The notes under the pieces were generated by a model that saw nothing but the letters and a program-made list of their open reading frames with translations, was not told the origin of the DNA and did not search any database. A program made the position numbers and the translations under genes. A DNA stretch of 64,000 nucleotides from Mytilus californianus (lineage: Eukaryota). Positions 13,280 through 26,549 of the stretch are shown here, one piece after another. Positions within the stretch are counted from its first letter, which is position 1. Each line of letters opens with the position of its first letter. The stretch covers positions 60,884,001 to 60,948,000 of the forward strand of contig NW_026262690.1 in NCBI RefSeq assembly GCF_021869535.1, written 5' to 3'.

Positions 13280-13770
13280 TGCCTTGTATTTAAATGGGTA
13301 CTAATTGTGCACCCTTACTGGCCAACTTGTTTAAGTACTCCTATGAAGCAGAAATTATACAATACCTTCTCAAAGACCAGAATAAAAGATCTTTAACTTT
13401 ACTTTCAGACATATTGATGATGTCTATTCACTAATTAATCCATGTTTCAGTGAGTGCTTTGCATCTCATATAAGAAAGTTAAATTAAGATTAAGGATGCT
13501 ATCGAAACTAGTATGCTTCATATCTTTATCTTTTCCTCAATATTTTCAAAGATGGGCGATCTCAAACTAGAATCTGTGAATGCATATTGATTTCAACTTT
13601 AGAATTGACAACTTCGCATTTCTGAGCAGTAACATATCCTGGCACGGCGGGTGATGCATGCATAGTGGAAGACACTGTCGCTGTCGACGCACCCTGTCTT
13701 CCTGCTTTTTGAGTTCATGCAATTCCATGGATTTATGAGATTAGAACATCTGAAAAGTACTTTGCCTATA
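13280..13770 (+). pseudogene. PLE lineage-3 RT remnant
   Basis: MGTNCAPLLANLFKYSYEAE, FRHIDDV and DFNFRIDNFAFLSSNI with frameshifts, then a deletion into the 3' UTR. Confidence 0.8.
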
Positions 13771-14702
13771 TTAAATGTTATAAAGTTCGGGAGAAACATG
13801 GTCTTGAAATAAGCATTTATTTCATACAAAAACAGTGAAAGGTAAAATAGAGAATCCCATTCTATCATTGTTGAAACCTCGATGGTATAATTCTTTACCA
13901 TACCATATGCTCTATTTGGTATTAGCCTTTAAACAAAAAACTTTTCATGCGACATCCCGTCTTTAGCTTGGATGTTGCTATTAGGAAGTATAAATATTTC
14001 TGGCCCTTTTTGTTTTGTATGTATTGATAAAATTTTACTAGTTGCTAATATTGATATCACATTACAGTATACTGATCGACTCTTTGTCCCGGTCAAATAT
14101 ACGATTCATGTATCTGCTGATAAATACTTGCAATACGAGTGTAAAGTATAATTTATAAGTTTAACTTCAATATACTAGTACTTAACTATTTCAGAGACAA
14201 TTAAATGTTAAATTAATGCCGAATTATCTAAATCTTGTGAAATAAGGACTTAAGGTTATCGTCGATATTGGTGTATAATAAATGTCATTCAAAACGATCT
14301 ATATTATAACATCTCGCCATATATGACATCATTATATTTGCAAAGTAAAACAACTTAACTTCATGCCCAAACTCTGAAATCACAAATATACAGTTTCGGT
14401 CATAAGTGATTTAAACATCATTAAACATTTTCGAATTTCTTTAATATAACATTTTTTTGGTAATTTTGAAATTTGGTGTTTTGACAATGATCCATATGAT
14501 ACAATTTCAAACAACCAAAGATCATGTCGGATATTTTTGTAGTAAAATGAAATTGAAATAGTTTGAGTCAAACTTTTTTGACAGATTAGATCAAAAGTTA
14601 TATTTACGACCAAGAAATGCCAATATACAATATTCATTATTTAAACTACATACGAGTCTTTAAGTTTTGATACTCTTATGGATAAGATAATGCAGGGTTT
14701 AA

Positions 14703-14958
14703 TTGATTGATTGATTGATTGATTGGTATTTAATGTCACTTTCAGCACTATTGGCTATTTCGTGGCGCTCTGCTTTTGTTTATGGTGGAAGCCGGAGTGT
14801 CCAGAGAGAACCACCAACCCTCGGCAGGAAAACTGACAATCAATCCTTTACAATTAAGATTGGAGTCGAGCGCAGCTGCCACATGCGGTGTACGAACTAA
14901 CAACCTCAGCTGTGACAGACTAGTGATACTGTTCTTGAATTAATTAGGCCACTCGGCC
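14703..14958 (-). mobile_element. tRNA-derived V-SINE (RUDI-like)
   Basis: Minus strand: A-box-like GGCCGAGTGG, B-box-like GTTCGTACA, V-domain-like GTGGTTCTCTCTGGACACTCCGGCTTCC, and an (AATC)n tail at 14703-14726. Confidence 0.7.
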
Positions 14959-15499
14959 TTTTGTAGGGTTTGAGTTGGTAATACAATTTATTCATTTGAT
15001 TAAAAAATATTATTTACTTGTCATTATTTCAAATAGTTTGATCAGTCTGAATAAAGAAAGTGTTCAGCATACGTCAATTACACAGCAACCAAACGATAAA
15101 ATACCCAAAAGACATCTCGAAGGTAACATATACAGTCATCAACAAAAATCTTTACATCGCCTATTTTAACAGTTTTGTAATTGAATAAATCTATTTTAGA
15201 CAGTTGTTTGTTTCAGATTTCGATTTGACTTGATGCACTCGTAAAAATCTCCTAACAAAGTGATAAAAGGATATATAAAGGATTGTTATGATTTGAATCA
15301 TACATCGGAGTTGTTCACCAAACCGACGTATTTTATCATTGTGGCTTATAGATAATAAAGATAAAATGTAATCTAGGAATGCATATTATTCATTCGATCA
15401 TGACGTTGTCGTAACTCTACCATCTTTCATCGTCGAAAATAATGATAGAATGGAGAAATCAAAATCATAAACCAAAAAATGACAAGACGATTTCACGCC

Positions 15500-15790
15500 T
15501 GAAAGAGAAAGACAAACAAGACAACAAAACACTAAACGGAAAACTTATTTTTGTGCAACATGAACCTTTAGGTGCTTTGGAAAGGTAAACTGTTCCGACT
15601 CAATAGCAACACGAAGAGATGACTGTGATTTTACCACGAAGAGCCCTTACTTCAATAGCTTGCTTGTAAGCAGCAACCCTCTATCATGAAATTTCTTACA
15701 GACCACGAAAGCTCTGGAATATCATATCAACTGGTAGATTTATATACACATTTTATGCCAGCACCACTGGAATGTTGTTTTCGTTGAATG
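15500..15790 (-). mobile_element. Degenerate PLE lineage-1 3' fragment
   Basis: AGCAGCAACCCTCTATCATGAAAT and GGAATATCATATCAACTGG match 21110-21190. Confidence 0.65.
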
Positions 15791-16242
15791 TTTTTTTATT
15801 ATTTGAGGTCAATAACTGTTTATCAACTACACTTTACGTATTTCATAGTAATAATGTACAATGTTTATATAATAATAGACTACAGAAGAATAAAGTGGTC
15901 GTGCTTTTAATAAAAACTGTAAATTTGCCTAGAAGGTGTGTTTAGATTCTTCTGTTACATAGCATTTGTTTGTAAGTCCTATTATTTCAATATTATTAAA
16001 TATATAAAGGATATAAATCATATTTTGTCTTATTTGAAAACCAAGGTGAATTCTGTTATTTTGATATTATTTTGTAACACTGATTATGTTCCAGTCTTAA
16101 AGGAGGATTATGGAAAATGTCAAGAATATCTGTATTATTCATGAATAATTCATAAAGTCAATGGTAGGATATTTCAAACGGCAAAAAGGCGAAAACGAGA
16201 AAAAGTATTTTCTACGTGTTTTCGCTTTCACTTTCGCGTAAA

Positions 16243-16254
16243 TATTATTATTAT

Positions 16255-16285
<31 letters not shown>

Positions 16286-16315
16286 GTTATTATTATCATT
16301 ATTATTATTATTATA
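16243..16315. repeat. (ATT)n microsatellite, ~24 units, imperfect
   Basis: Seen directly; it explains the poly-Asn run in ORF 16139-16468. Confidence 0.97.
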
Positions 16316-16349
16316 CCAGAAACCTACTTCCTCGCAATTGTGTATGAAA

Positions 16350-16712
16350 AAAGTATAACAACAATACAGAAGGCCACGGTAATTTAAAAAAGGGGGAAGT
16401 CCATTAAAAAAGACAAAATGAAACGTGAGACGTATTACCAAACAGAGCGAATGGAAAACAACCGTCATATTCCAGACTTTGAACAGGCATTTTCCGAAGA
16501 GAATGGTGGGTTAACCCTGGTTTTATAGCTAGCTAAACCTCCCACTTGTATGATAGTTGTATATTTTTCTTTTGTATTGACAAAATTGGGTGAGCAACCC
16601 AAAACAGACTTATTCGGTTAATGTCACAATAAAATGAATCCAGCAGCCTAAACTGTGTAAACATACATCACAGACATACAACACAACTGACTTGAAAATT
16701 CTAACAAACATG
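16350..16712 (-). mobile_element. Family E copy
   Basis: Colinear with 28088-28400 and with 20413-20614 in reverse. Confidence 0.8.
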
Positions 16713-16759
16713 CAAATAAATCTAACAAAGACGTCAAGAAAAAAGTTTTTTTTTGTATT

Positions 16760-16912
16760 TTTAGATCCTTTTTGGTCATGAAACTCTTCAACTGTTTTGT
16801 TTCTTAAACATCATTGGCTTTCAAATATTTGGTATTAAGCGTTCCTGATGAAGGTAAATCCAGAGAAGTGCTTCGAACGAATTTAATTTATAAAGTGTTG
16901 TTTTCATTTTTT
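16760..16912 (+). mobile_element. Retrozyme family B fragment with mutated hammerhead (GAGA for GAAA)
   Basis: GCGTTC CTGATGA AGGTAAATCCA GAGA AGTGCTTC GAACG at ~16840-16880. Confidence 0.8.
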
Positions 16913-17659
16913 TGAAATAGTCGTTATATTTTTCTTTGCGATAAATAAAAATTATCTAAACATTATTTGAACAAAAGAGTTCAGAAATTGATTTTCATTT
17001 CATTTGATGTGTTTTTTCTTCAAAAGATAAATTGGTGTTTAGTTTTAGACAATGAACTGCCTATATTTCTTCAGATATTATTACCACGAAAACGATAAAG
17101 AATAGAATAAATTGATATTAAATCTCTGCATCTGCATCTCATTTTAGTGCAACCATATAGTAACTCGCGTAAGGGAAGGTTTTAAGCATCATTTATTGAA
17201 AATTGTGAGTATTACTTGATAAAAGCGCGGACATCATTCCGTAGGGCTTCTAGTATATTTCCTACGAGATTGCGTTAACCAACAGATGTTTACTTGCCAT
17301 TTTACCTTTGACAACTAGCGTAGATCAGAAATTGCTTACCCTTCAAGGGTACGTGAGTTCATATCTTATGAGGTTTTTTTTCATCCCCTGTTTTTTGTGG
17401 AGTTTGGGTTACTCAATCTGTAGTCTGATGCGTAGTTGGTTAGTTTTTTATCGTTGTTTGTTCGACTTTTTCTCTTTTTGTCATTTTGTTTTGTTTTTAT
17501 TTTGACTTGTGGTTATAAATGTTCAGCTGGTAATTTCTTTATTTTTTATAGATTGGTGCAAAACTCAAGTTTAAATATTTTTTGCATTGTGCAATGCAAA
17601 AATAGTTTCGGGTTAAAGTAGTTTGTCGATATAAACAAATAATGTTTTCATATTCTGCA

Positions 17660-17798
17660 TTTCGGATTTGGCACAACTTTTTTGGAATTTTGACTTTTAA
17701 AATGCTCTTCAAATTTATATTTAATTGGGCCTTCGAGCGCCACTGATGAAACGCATGACTGGCGTACCATATTATAAATTCTAGTATCTTATATGAGT
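17660..17798 (+). mobile_element. Retrozyme family A fragment, stem II deleted
   Basis: GAGCGCCA CTGATGA..AACGCATGAC TGGCGTA, preceded by TTTGGCACAACTTTTTTGGAATTTTG as at 34910-34935. Confidence 0.7.
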
Positions 17799-18134
17799 GT
17801 TATATCGTACAATTGTTAACAAGTAAAGGTCACAGAGTTTGTATTCCATCTGCAAGTTAAGAAAAATTAACAGGCCTTACATTTTACAGGGAAAAGCCAT
17901 ATCAAGTGAATATGAGAAGGAAAAGGATCAATTATTTTATATTTTCGTATATATTAAAATGGAGGGGTTAAAAAAATATGATAGATATATACTTTCTGTT
18001 GTCTCTTAAGGAAGCGAGTCCTTTACTTACAAAGTACTAGATTCGAGAGTATTCAAATACATAGCAGACAACAGCAGAATAAACATTAAAGGCAATCGTC
18101 TGGGCCACCATTAAAGTATAGAACAAAATAAGAA

Positions 18135-18350
18135 ATAGTAAATAAGAGACTGAAGATACCACACAGATATTCAAACTCAAAAGTTGTAGACAAATTGACA
18201 ACGCCATGGCAAAAAGACAAACACCAGTCTATAAAACACAACTTAGAAAACTGAAGACTGAGCAATACGAACTCCAACAACAACCGGTTATGATCCCAAG
18301 TTCTTCGGAAGGGTAAGTAGATCCTGTGATACCCGTCGTGTTACTTATAC
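18135..18350 (-). mobile_element. PLE lineage-1 3' UTR fragment
   Basis: Matches 20700-20910. Confidence 0.8.
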
Positions 18351-18739
18351 AACTTATGTTGATAAGATATATCACGTGATATCAAGGCATAACGCGATAA
18401 CGTGTTGGAGATTAACTCTTACCCTTAAACGTCATCAAATTTGTAAACTATCCATCACGTAAATTTTGTAACTCTAAAACTCGCCCAAATGAGAAATTTT
18501 GAAATTTAACAAATCTTTTCATGACAAAGTATAGAAAAGGCTGTTACCGGTAGAAACAACACATGCATTGTTATAATACGATAATGATAATAAAATGACA
18601 ATGATGACAATATATTTCATTTCCCAGACTGTATAAGAATATGTGAAGAAATAATCTGCTTACATTTTATTACGACGGAAAAGTATTTCGGAGAACTAAC
18701 TTTGCCTGTCAGACTACAGTATGATTTGACTTCGTACAT

Positions 18740-18848
18740 TATTTGGCCTTTTCAATTTTTTGGATTCGAGCGTCACTTTTGAATCTTTTGTAGACGAAAC
18801 TCGCGTATGTGGAACAAAATTTAAGCCTGTTATTTTTAATGAGTTTAT
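18740..18848 (+). mobile_element. Retrozyme family A 3' module, degenerate core
   Basis: GAGCGTCA CTTTTGA ATCTTTTGTAGAC GAAA CTCGCGTA TGTGG. Confidence 0.75.
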
Positions 18849-20412
18849 GCCGGCAAAATATATTCTCTAATAAATCACAAACGTATTTGGTATGATTCGT
18901 CAATAACATAATATTCTTGAGACAGACTACTCCGTAAAGGTTATAGTTAAAAAAAAAACAATTGTTATCTGAAAATAGAAAAATACGCCAAGTTATTCCA
19001 TTTGGAAACTGCCATTTATTACAACACAATTTAAAAACAATTTAAGGAAGAATTGTAGTGGGATATAATTACTGAGCAATTTTTGTCATAGTATAACAAA
19101 TGTTAGTTTACTCTCTTCATTACTACACTTTTACAACATCTGTAATTCATTTTAAACATTTTAAAGACAATTTGCACAATAAAATTTAATGTGCAGAAAT
19201 ATGTAACATGAGAAAACTCAATACCCCCAACTACGTGAAAAACAATACACAATTATATCTTAAATGGATAGAAATCACGATATTGTAATTAGTTATTTAC
19301 TATTGTTATATAACAAACGTCAGATAATCGGACACAAAGTTAAGTTATGATGCTGTAAATTATGTAAAGTCATTGAAAATAATATAATTTAATGTAATTT
19401 TGTAAATTATTTAACGATTTTTATAAAATATTGGTGTAATTATGTGTAACATAAATGACACGGCGTAATGCATTATAAATTGTGACAGTATTTCTATGAT
19501 AAAATCATTCCTTTTATATTTACTAATTTTCGAAGCCATTTATTTATTCGTTTCGTGACGCAAAAAAAATGAACTATTTCCGATACACGAGAAGTTCATT
19601 GTTATCTTATTTATCAAATTTAACCTTCGACTTTTAGAAATTTCACCTAAACATCAATACAACAAAAACTAAAAAAGATGAACGTATACTATAGATTTCG
19701 TCATTATATAGCAGTCAATATATGAAAATAATAACGCAAAAGTTGATTGTCTGAAAATTATATTGCTGACAGTTTTTACATGTTAAACAAGTGGTGTAAA
19801 TGGTTCACGAATAACGAATACCAAAAAAGTTAACTGGTTTATCAACCTTTTTTCTATTTAATATAAATTTAGGCAACAGACGTTCAATTTCATAAATCGA
19901 TTATGCTTTTATTTCCATACAATATGATATTGGAATTTTTCATTAATTTCAATGTTTACATTAAGACATGAACAGTACAGAATGTGTATTGAAATCATAA
20001 ATTTCAATGTTAAATTTTGAAATGACCATTGTGGTTCTTAATGAAATCAATTACGATTTCAACTTAATATCGTGTGGACGTAAATATAGAATCATCCATA
20101 TCCAAGGCTTGGTCATATCTCCAATGACGTGATGGTTCAGAAGTTTTGAAATGCAAATTAAGTGTATAATTGGTCGTAACAGTAACGTTCATAATGATCA
20201 ATGAAAGCATTATATAACCGTGCATACGTTAAGTACTGAAGACATTCTCTTTAAACACCAACTTTTAATAGTTCGGAAGATTATCCGATTATCCGATTAT
20301 TCTCAATTTGACTACGCTATGATAACCCAAAATTTAATATTGTTGTAAAAATCATGAAGACTTTTTCTATTATATCCCCCTGTCCAAATATTAATAATAT
20401 TAATATTAATCA

Positions 20413-20614
20413 TACAAGTGAGAGATTTAGCTAGCTATCAAACCAGGTTTAATCCACCATTTTCTACATAAGGAAATGCCTGTACCAAGTCAGGAATATG
20501 ACAGTGATTTCCATTCGTTTCATGTGTTTGAGCTTTTGATTTTGCCATTTGATAAGGGACTTTCTGTTTTGAATTTCCTTGAAGTTCGGTATTTTTTGTA
20601 AATTTTACTTTTTA
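20413..20614 (+). mobile_element. Family E terminal segment
   Basis: AAACCAGGTTTAATCCACCATTTTCTAC..GCCTGTACCAAGTCAGGAATATGACAG..ATTTTACTTTT; also at 44274-44415 (+) and 38717-38779 (-). Confidence 0.85.
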
Positions 20615-20692
20615 TGTTAAGATGTAAACAACTTTGCTGTTATTATTTTTAGTGGCATGATTTTATTTTACATTTTACACAACAGACATATT

Positions 20693-21775
20693 AAAAGAGG
20701 GACATTCAAACTCATAAATCGAAAATAAACGGACAACGCCATGGCTAAAAAAGAAAAAGGCAAACAGACTAACAATAGTACACAAAACACAACATAGAAA
20801 ACTAAAGACTAAGCAATACGAACCCCACCAAAAACTAAGAGTGATCTCAGGTGCGCCGGATGGGTAAGCAGATCCTGCTCCACATGTGGCACCCGTCGTG
20901 TTGCTCATGTTAGTGCAAACCCGGTAAATAGTCTTATTCGGTAGGTCACATTCGTGAAAAGGGAACGGGATTGTAGTAACGACATTAGGAACATCTGTGA
21001 AACGGATATTCCATAACGGTCATCCAACTCGTGATGGCGTCCATAAAATTTACAAAGGGATGATTTCAACTTCACCATTTGGAACTCTTGGTTTAATAGC
21101 TTCCTTGTGGGCAGCAACCCTCTATCAAGGAAATCATGATAGGAAATACAAGCCCGGGAATATTGTATCAATTGGGAGATATATACGTCGTATGCAGGCG
21201 CTGCGGGAATGTTGCTACATAGAAATGGAAAGTTCACAATTGGGAAGCTGAAATCATCCCTTTTGTCGTAAACTTTTGTTTTCAACCGACCCTCATTGTC
21301 AATTTCTAGATGTAAGTCAAGATATGAGGCAGACTTAACTGTATCCGTTGTGTCCTTTATCTCTAGTTCGATGGGATAGATGCGTTCAACATAGTCACCA
21401 AATTTTGAATTATTTAGTGAGAGAACATCATCTTTATAGAGGAAAGTAAAGTTAATGAATACTGCTAACTTCTTTTCTTTCTTCCTAAGAAGTTCCTGTA
21501 TGAATTCAGCCTCATAAGAATACAGGAATAAGTCGGCAAGAAGAGGGCACAGTTGGTTCTCATGGGAATGCCGATAATTTGTTGAAAAATACGTCCTCCA
21601 AACGTAACAAATATGTTGTCAATCAAGAAATCAAACATCTTGATAATGTCAGTTTCAGAGAATTTTTTGTTTGAATCAGAGTGATATTTTACAAAGTAGG
21701 ATTTATCCCTCCCTAAGACAAGATACTTGTATCTACGATGGCCATTCTTTTTTTATGAAACAAAGCAATACATGA
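20693..21775 (-). mobile_element. Best-preserved Penelope-like element (lineage 1): 5'-truncated RT pseudogene (~20985-21775) plus 3' UTR
   Basis: FLIDNIFVTFGGRIFQQIIGIPMRTNCA, then a -1 frameshift, then LLADLFLYSYEAEF..FLYKDDV (RYIDD mutated)..SASYLDL..YDKRDDFSFPIVNFPFL..FYGRHHEL. No GIY-YIG follows the RT. Confidence 0.93.
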
Positions 21776-21859
21776 ATCTTACCGTCACTATCTGATGTTG
21801 TAAAACTAATGATATCGGTGTATATTCATTCACTGGACATATCCAGTAGCAATTGTTTA

Positions 21860-23700
21860 GATCGAGAACATGACATCTTATATTAATGTAATATTTAATG
21901 GACTACGGGATATCTGGCGAAAATTATGTAGTAATTCAAGGAATATTGATACTGTTATAATCATCCGATCGTCGATGGCGACACAAGAGCTTCTGAGCTG
22001 ATAATTTTTGTGTTTCTTTTCCATAACTTTGTTGCTGTAGTTTTTAAGTATAATATAACCCTTTGCTAGAAAAAACCAACTTTTACTATTAAAGAACGCA
22101 AATTTGGCAAGAAGAAAACTTGAAATACTCGCTTTTGTCATAGATCCTAGTCTACCCTCAGGAAGAGAAAACCAAACCTTCCGAGTGGTCTTTTTCATCG
22201 TCCTTATACAAATATAGTCCCGCTTGTCATTACTTGAGACTTAAGCATTGTAGACAATGAACAAAAAGTAATCGTTTGTGCAGTTGCATGCAATTCTATT
22301 GGAAACTCTATGATATCCTTTGACAAAATTCCGGAAAAAAATCCAGATCTGGTCTGCATGACTCTTACTATGACCACATTTTTTAAGGTGTTCGAAATCA
22401 TCCGATCGTCGTGATGGTTCTGATTTACATTTTGGTTAAGAGTAAGGAATAACATCGGTCAATGATGCTGTTGTATCATCTGTAGCCAAAAATCGCTCAA
22501 TTTCTCGCTTGATTCGTTCCAAACTATAATCAAAAAGGCCAACGGATTTAGTTTGGAATACAGCCCTAGCAAGTGAATGGAACGTGTTTTTCCATCTACT
22601 GTCTAGACGTTTATGTCAATATTATCGGAACCTTCTTGAATCAACCGTCTCTTTATGAAAAATGTATCGATCGCAACACTGGTGAGGTATCTGCGCAATT
22701 CAGTGTATGAAACACAAAATTTCAATAAGTCGCTTCGACCCAAACACGTGGAAGATTTGAATAGCAAGACCAAGGTGAAAAGGTGTAAGGATACTACGAC
22801 AAGTGGCAAAAAATACATTGCGTTAAGCAAAAATTTTCCTCATACTTTTTTAAAATTAGTAGGAATACTGCAAGTGCTAAAAGCCTTTTTGTCCGTAATC
22901 GTACTAAGCATGTTGAACAAATAATCGGGCATTGACAGTAATGAATGTTCCATTGATACATCCGTTGAAGTTGGGTAGTGTTCTTTCAAAAATCTGACTT
23001 TGTCAATGTATCTCCGAATAAAACTTGCTACTGAATAAAGGAGTTGGTCATCCGTTTGTTCACTATACATACGACTCGTTTCTCTTTTGATAGTTTTAAC
23101 TCTGCTTTCAAATTACTAGCTGCCTTGATTGCATCCCTAGAGTTATATTACTACTCATAATAATGTTGGACTTATCCTGACCTTGTTGTAATTGGATGAC
23201 AATATAATCACCATAATATTTTTTTAAATGTCGCTGGAGTTTCCTCGTTGTAAAGCACTGAGCCATGTTTTCAGGTAGATATGATACAAATTTTCAATTG
23301 AAGAGGAGAATAGAAATACTCTTTTTTGTTTTTATTAATAAATCATCATTTATATTTGTAATTAGTTTAGAAAAGGCAGCTGTATTTATTGATTCGGATC
23401 CAGAAGTTGAGTTGGCATTGACCTCAATATCTTGTTTAAAACCCATTAGATATTTTATTATGAACTGGTTATGGTAAAAAGCTTGTTCTTTAAAATTGTC
23501 TTGGTTAATTTTTATATAGCAAGTTTGAATCACCGTAATGGTTTGCAGCATTTAATAAGGCGAGTAGCCCTTACATCTGATTCAATTTTCAAAATGTTTT
23601 GTCTTGCTTGTAGCTTTTTTATTATAAAATATACAAGCACTCCAACTGATAGGAAAAGACAAAGATCGAGTTAAAATACTGGTTTTCCTGGTATGAACAC
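21860..23700 (-). pseudogene. Decayed large transposase-like ORF (unclassified DNA-transposon-type family)
   Basis: Same-strand ORF pieces in order: AANHYGDSNLL..QAFYHNQFIIKY; AFSKLI..KLQRHLKKYYGDYIVIQLQQGQ; QLLYSVASFIR..YP..SMPDYL; FCVSYTELRRYLTSVA; DNIDINV*TVDGK(frameshift)TFHS. These resemble a widespread invertebrate hypothetical-protein family I recall with DNxD-x5-DGKxTFH. Confidence 0.6.
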
Positions 23701-24779
23701 TTTGCTAATTCATCAGTTTATTTTTTAGTAAATACAGCAATTTTATGTTCACTTGTATAAGATTTGTAGCATCTTTTATGATAAACCTTTTCCAAACTTT
23801 CCTTCGGTATATTATTGAATGAATCATATTCACTTATCAATTTCAAATAAATATCATCTTTACGCCTACCAACCGCGATTTCCTGTTACAGTAAACAAAA
23901 CAACTTTTTCATTACTGCTTTTCTGGCAAATTACACTTTTTCTAGGATTAAACTCGTTTTCAGTCGCTATGTAGTACTGAGACCAAGTTTTACTGGACTT
24001 CCCAGTTGTGTAATCATCTTGGGTTTTATCAGATCTCAATTTCTAAAAATAACTCAGAACTAAAAACATTATTTTACTCTTGAATGAATAAAATCCTATC
24101 AAAACAGCCTCCGAATAGAAATGAACAAATTTTCAACATTATAAGTTTGGTTTTTTTGTGTGTTTGACAAATAAAAATTCGAAAATGACGATGTTTAAAT
24201 AAAAGCCTTCTTAAATTATTCTATAACTAAACAAACACAAACAAATGCATATTTCAATACGAAAAATGCTAAATCTTTTGTCAGAAATCAATTTTTTATG
24301 ACTGAATCAGTGTATATATTGAATAGATTGAAAATATAGTGATATTGAATAAACACAACATTACATGCAGTTTTGTAAGTTGATTACATGTATTTTCATC
24401 TACTTAGAAGATATTTTTTGCTTCAGATACATCAATCAATGAGTGATGGATTTCTCTTGGAAGAAATTTTAAGGTCCCAGTGAATAAACTACACAAAGAA
24501 CAATACATACTGTATTTAATCAATAGGACAATTGCACTGACAAAAGTTTAAATACCTTTACCAACCGTCGATGACTCTGTGGTAGAGTTTCATTTGGTTC
24601 GCAATATTTGGTATAAGCAGAAAAAAGGACATGAAAATGTCCCGTACTATATACCTAAACTAACCTAAACTCCTTATGAAGAATGATTAAGATATTAAAC
24701 TAATCATCTTTCTAAAATTCTAACCACCATTCTGTCCACACTTCAAGATGACTTTCATAAATATTGTGATGGTATATAA

Positions 24780-25885
24780 TCATGGGCGATGTCAATCAGA
24801 TGTGCATTCTTAAACATTATAAAGATCTGTAAAGATATTCATCAAAATCCTATGGAAACGTTTGATTTTTATACCATTTACACTGCTTTTCTGCATGCTC
24901 AACTTAAAGAACGAATACACCGTCTCATTAAACAGAGCTTTTTCCACATAAATCGGAGATTCAAATTCCATGTTTTAGGTCATGAAAAATCTTATTTTGT
25001 GAAGAACCATATTGATCCTCACAACAAACACATCGAAGATGATATCAACAAAATGATGGACTTTTTGATCGACAATAAATTTGTTGAGTTGGGTGGAATG
25101 AAATTTAAACAGAAAGACGGTATAACAATGGATACTTATTCTGCATTACTACTGGCTGCATTGTTTTGTCTACTCATATGAAGCTAATTTCTTACAAAAC
25201 CTTTCTGAAAGACAATAGGAAAAAGTATCTTGCAAATTTTTTTTATTCCACTTTCAGTTATATTAAATATGTTCTATCCCTCAATAACCCATATTTCACC
25301 GAGTGATTACATCTCGTATGTCTCAGTGAAAATGAGATTAGGGATACTATCGAAAGTAGAAGGTCTGCTTCATATCTTGATCTTTTTCTCACAAACAGAT
25401 GGACGATGTCAAAATGGAATTTTGACAAACGTGATGTTTTCAATTTTCCAATTGTCAACTTCCGATTTCTCAGCAGTAACATACCCTCTGCTCCATCGTT
25501 GACGTTTACATTTTTAAGTTAATTCGTAACCATCGTGCATGTTCATACATTACGGACCCCATTAACATAGGTGTTCTCCTTACACAACGTTTTGGGGAAG
25601 AAAGACTGAAATAGATCGACACTACATAATATTTTCGCGCTGTTAGATCGTTAGATACCAGTATTGTCGTCTGATATGTAATTTTACCGATTGTATCCTA
25701 TTTCCGATTGTAACATTTTGATAGAGTGTGAATACGTTTGGCGGGTAATACAAGCAAAGCTTGAGACGTTTACCCTGTCGACGGACATGGTCTCCTTCCT
25801 GTGGTCTCCTCAGTTTATGCGTGTTACCTTGATTCGTCTCTTTCTAATCATTTTACGAAGTTTGAACATCGGTAAACAACTTTTT
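24780..25885 (+). mobile_element. PLE lineage 3: longest RT remnant plus complete 3' UTR
   Basis: ORF 24789-25181 ETFDFYTIYT..KSYFVKNH..MMDFLIDN..GITMDTYSALLLA aligns with the PLE RT palm; downstream KRDVFNFPIVNFRFLSSNIP in a shifted frame. Confidence 0.88.
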
Positions 25886-26549
25886 AAAATCATAAAGGTG
25901 GATGGACGTTTAAGTTTGTACTACATGTTCAGAATTTTTCCTGATGATATTTTTTTCGGAAAAAGAGTTTATTGTAAATACATTTAATATTCAATTTTAG
26001 GAGCGTATGTCACATTATTTTTTTCGCAGATAAACAAAATTTAATAGATAAAAATATATTTTATAAGTATACATATTGTAACCCCGCAATCATTATACAA
26101 AAATTAAAACAAAACAGAATAAAAACTATTCTTTATAAATTGAAAACTTTGTAGGTGACATTATTGTTCACAATCTATTTCTTGTGATAAAAATAGAAAC
26201 AGTAATATTCATTCTTGTTTCAAGCTATCATACAAATTAAGGTAGACATGGCGTTTATTTGCAGCGACATCTATATTAAATCTATCCACTGTGAATTGAA
26301 TAGCTTTGATCAAAAGTCATCTTCCCTGGCAAAGAAAAAGGATTATTTGATTTATGAATAAATAAAAAAATATATCGTTTGATTAAATCATATTTAAAGT
26401 TTATGTGAGTTTGACTGTCCCTCTGGTGTCTTTCGTCCCTCTTTTAAAGACATGGTTAAACATTTTACTGGGAAAATAATCATATTTTATGTGACCAATA
26501 GCTACTTATAAAAAAGGTTCTCGTAGATGCACAGTTGGATGCTCTGTTC

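Noticed and set aside
16139-16468. 109-aa ORF with a poly-Asn tract
   Set aside because: It is an (ATT)n microsatellite plus a family E repeat read in reverse.
18369-18382. 14-bp palindrome ATATCACGTGATAT with an E-box centre
   Set aside because: An isolated short palindrome in AT-rich DNA is not significant alone.
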